From a virus (Duplodnaviria > Caudoviricetes), in the IMG/VR virus record IMGVR_UViG_3300043391_000021, positions 1-38,433 of that record: DNA of 38,433 nucleotides; one strand, 5' to 3'. Shown here in pieces: positions 36,391 to 38,433 of this stretch. How positions within the stretch are numbered: position 1 is the stretch's first letter; each line of letters begins with the position of its first letter. The notes under the pieces are model-generated. The model made no database searches. It was not told where the DNA came from and was given only the letters and a program-made list of their open reading frames with translations. A program made the translations under genes and the position numbers.

Positions 36391-36752
36391 TTAAGACCAT
36401 TACATACAAAGACCTAGAGCCATACATTGCCGAAACTGAAAAGCTAGGCTTATCTTTCTGCAACGCTACCGAGTATTACGGGTATTACGACGACGGAAAA
36501 CTTGCCGCATTTACTGGGATTCTATGGTATTCAAAGAAAGCCGTATTTAAGAATCATTACGTTTTGCCTGACTATCGACACCGTGGTTTCTTCAAAATGC
36601 TGTTCCGATACAGCATGATTGCTGTGCGTGAGCGTGGCATTAAAGTCGTCGAAGCCAATTGTTCGCCAATGTCATTGCCCTTGTATATCAAAATGGGCGC
36701 AAAGATTACTAAGCAATTTAAAGACTGGACACAGGTGCAATTAAAACTATGA
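36387..36752 (+). CDS. GNAT-family acyltransferase
   Basis: YVLPDYRHRGFF (motif A), SLPLYIKMG (motif B); ATGA-coupled. Confidence 0.85.
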   Translation: MIKTITYKDLEPYIAETEKLGLSFCNATEYYGYYDDGKLAAFTGILWYSKKAVFKNHYVLPDYRHRGFFKMLFRYSMIAVRERGIKVVEANCSPMSLPLYIKMGAKITKQFKDWTQVQLKL

Positions 36753-37897
36753 AGATATACAGCAATAAAACGGTTTATGATGCGGCACTTGAGCGTATCC
36801 GGTTCTTATTCGACGAGTTTCCAAACATCATTGTAGGAGTTTCGGGTGGCAAAGATAGCACAGTCGTATATAACTTGGCGTTACAAGTGGCTAAGGAAAA
36901 AGGGCGGTTGCCCCTTAAGTGCTTATTCGTTGACCAAGAAGCCGAATGGGAAGCTACGATAGATGCCATAACTGAGATTATGGAAAACCCCGACGTAGAG
37001 CCTAAGTGGTATCAGATGCCAATTAAGCTGTTCAATGCTACAAGCACCCAAGAACATTGGCTTATGTGCTGGGACAAGGATAAAGAAGACGTTTGGATGC
37101 GGGAGAGAGTGCCATACTCAGTAAAAGACAACGTTTACGGCACAGAGCGCTTCGGTGAGCTATTCCCCGCTATCATCAAAAAAGAATACGCTGGCGTAAA
37201 GACTTGTTACATAGCTGGCGTTCGCACAGAAGAATCGCCTACTCGTGCTATGGCATTAACGCATGATGTGACATACAAAGGGCGCACATGGGGCAAGATT
37301 TTAGATAAAAACAACGAACACTATACGTTTTACCCTATCTATGACTGGTCGTATATGGACGTGTGGAAAGCAATTCACGATAACGACTGGTCGTATAACC
37401 GTGTTTACGACGCACAATATAACTACGGCGTAAAGCTACAAAATATGCGGGTGTCTAACGTGCATCACGAAACAGCCGTTGGGACATTGTTCTATATGCA
37501 AGAGATTGAAGGTCATACATACCAAAAGCTGACGCAAAGGATTGCTGGTATTGACATGGCAAGCAAGATGGGCAAAGACGACTATTTCCCACGCCAATTG
37601 CCGTTCATGTTTAAAGACTGGGGCGAATACCGTGACTTTTTACTGGATAAGCTGATTGACAATGCTGACTGGAAAAAGGGATTTAAAGACATATTTGCAC
37701 GTCACGACGAGATGTATGCCCATGCCATTCCTGACAAAATGTATAAAGAACACATCAATGCCTTACTTACTAACGACTGGGAACACGTCAAACTAGGAAA
37801 CTTTGAACGTAGACCTGAAAATATTGACCTTAAACGTGCATGGAGAGCCAAAAAAAATGCTGAATCAGCTAAAGCAACAGATACAGACGCATCTTGA
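36749..37897 (+). CDS. ibrA: IbrA/YbdN-like PP-loop (PAPS-reductase fold) protein
   Basis: VGVSGGKDS, FVDQEAE, GVRTEES, YPIYDWSYMDVW, MRVSN. Confidence 0.9.
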   Translation: MKIYSNKTVYDAALERIRFLFDEFPNIIVGVSGGKDSTVVYNLALQVAKEKGRLPLKCLFVDQEAEWEATIDAITEIMENPDVEPKWYQMPIKLFNATSTQEHWLMCWDKDKEDVWMRERVPYSVKDNVYGTERFGELFPAIIKKEYAGVKTCYIAGVRTEESPTRAMALTHDVTYKGRTWGKILDKNNEHYTFYPIYDWSYMDVWKAIHDNDWSYNRVYDAQYNYGVKLQNMRVSNVHHETAVGTLFYMQEIEGHTYQKLTQRIAGIDMASKMGKDDYFPRQLPFMFKDWGEYRDFLLDKLIDNADWKKGFKDIFARHDEMYAHAIPDKMYKEHINALLTNDWEHVKLGNFERRPENIDLKRAWRAKKNAESAKATDTDAS

Positions 37898-38433
37898 TTC
37901 ATTAGCGGACACGAAAGACAAGGTTTGTGTCCTTGAAGAATTAAGGTCGTTCATTCACGAAATAAGCCCCCAGCATAGCCAGCCAGTTAACTTTGTGCGC
38001 TGGGTGCCAATCGAACAGGTGCAAGCCAACGACTATAACCCTAACAGCGTAGCCAAAAACGAGATGCGCTTGCTATATGTATCAATCCTACATGATGGCT
38101 ATACGCAACCAGTCGTTACCGTGTTTGACCCTGAAATTAACAAATACGTGATTGTCGACGGTTTCCACAGATATACGACAATGCGCCTAAACCAAGATAT
38201 TGCCGACAGAAACAACGGCTTTTTGCCTATTGTAGTCATTGACAAACCAATCAACGACCGTATGGCTTCAACGGTGCGCCATAACAGAGCTAGGGGCAAA
38301 CATAGTGTTTCAGGCATGGCTAACATGGTGTTTCAGATGCTGGACAATGGCTGGAGTGACGAAGCTATCTGCGCAGAGCTAGGCGTTGAACCTGACGAGC
38401 TTATCCGCTTAAAGCACGTTACTGGTTTCTCAA
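37857..38433 (+). CDS. ibrB: IbrB/YbdM-like ParB-domain protein, 5' part; continues across the circular junction to stop at 322 (227 aa in total)
   Basis: Hand translation from ATG 37857 (GGAG upstream): ...QANDYNPNSVA...SILHDGYTQPVV...IVDGFHRY...TVRHNRARGKH, matching YbdM/IbrB motifs; absent from the ORF track because the window truncates it. Confidence 0.9.
   Translation, partial: MLNQLKQQIQTHLDSLADTKDKVCVLEELRSFIHEISPQHSQPVNFVRWVPIEQVQANDYNPNSVAKNEMRLLYVSILHDGYTQPVVTVFDPEINKYVIVDGFHRYTTMRLNQDIADRNNGFLPIVVIDKPINDRMASTVRHNRARGKHSVSGMANMVFQMLDNGWSDEAICAELGVEPDELIRLKHVTGFS
38219..38433. repeat. Terminal overlap, copy 2
   Basis: Matches 1-215 with mismatches at 38234, 38237 and 38306. Confidence 0.95.

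Noticed and set aside
36749-37897. cysH sulfur-assimilation auxiliary metabolic gene
   Set aside because: Length, motifs and pairing with an IbrB-type ParB gene fit IbrA/YbdN; no C-terminal ECGLH-type motif of true CysH
1-38433. tRNA, rRNA, CRISPR array, integrase or transposase
   Set aside because: No cloverleaf with T-loop signature, repeat-spacer array or recombinase motifs recognised by eye; tRNAscan and HMM searches would be needed to exclude them fully

Overview
The window is an apparently complete, circularly permuted siphovirus-type phage genome of about 38,218 bp: bases 1-215 recur at 38219-38433 with three synonymous mismatches. The + strand carries HNH, TerS/TerL, an HK97-type portal and protease, two tandem paralogous major capsid genes, head-tail connectors, tail tube, a -1 frameshifted tail chaperone pair, tape measure, tail tip (with an embedded GNAT gene), many fibre/adhesin genes and a lysis cassette with three membrane proteins plus an M15 peptidase. 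A leftward early arm encodes SSB, YqaJ-like exonuclease, ERF and small ORFs. A rightward early arm encodes a Cro-like HTH, a truncated replication-initiator-like protein, NinB and RusA. I recognise no integrase, CI repressor, helicase, primase or polymerase. Main points of interest: (1) a ~370-nt promoter-flanked, highly structured non-coding region directly upstream of an initiator-like gene that lacks its N-terminal DNA-binding domain; (2) a translationally coupled glycosyltransferase-GNAT-IbrA(PP-loop)-IbrB(ParB)-ParB operon next to the packaging genes, a candidate DNA-modification system; (3) a host-type parS palindrome beside the likely cos site; (4) duplicated capsid genes separated by a weak terminator; (5) an unannotated secreted 4-Cys micro-peptide. 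All family assignments are by motif recognition, not database search.
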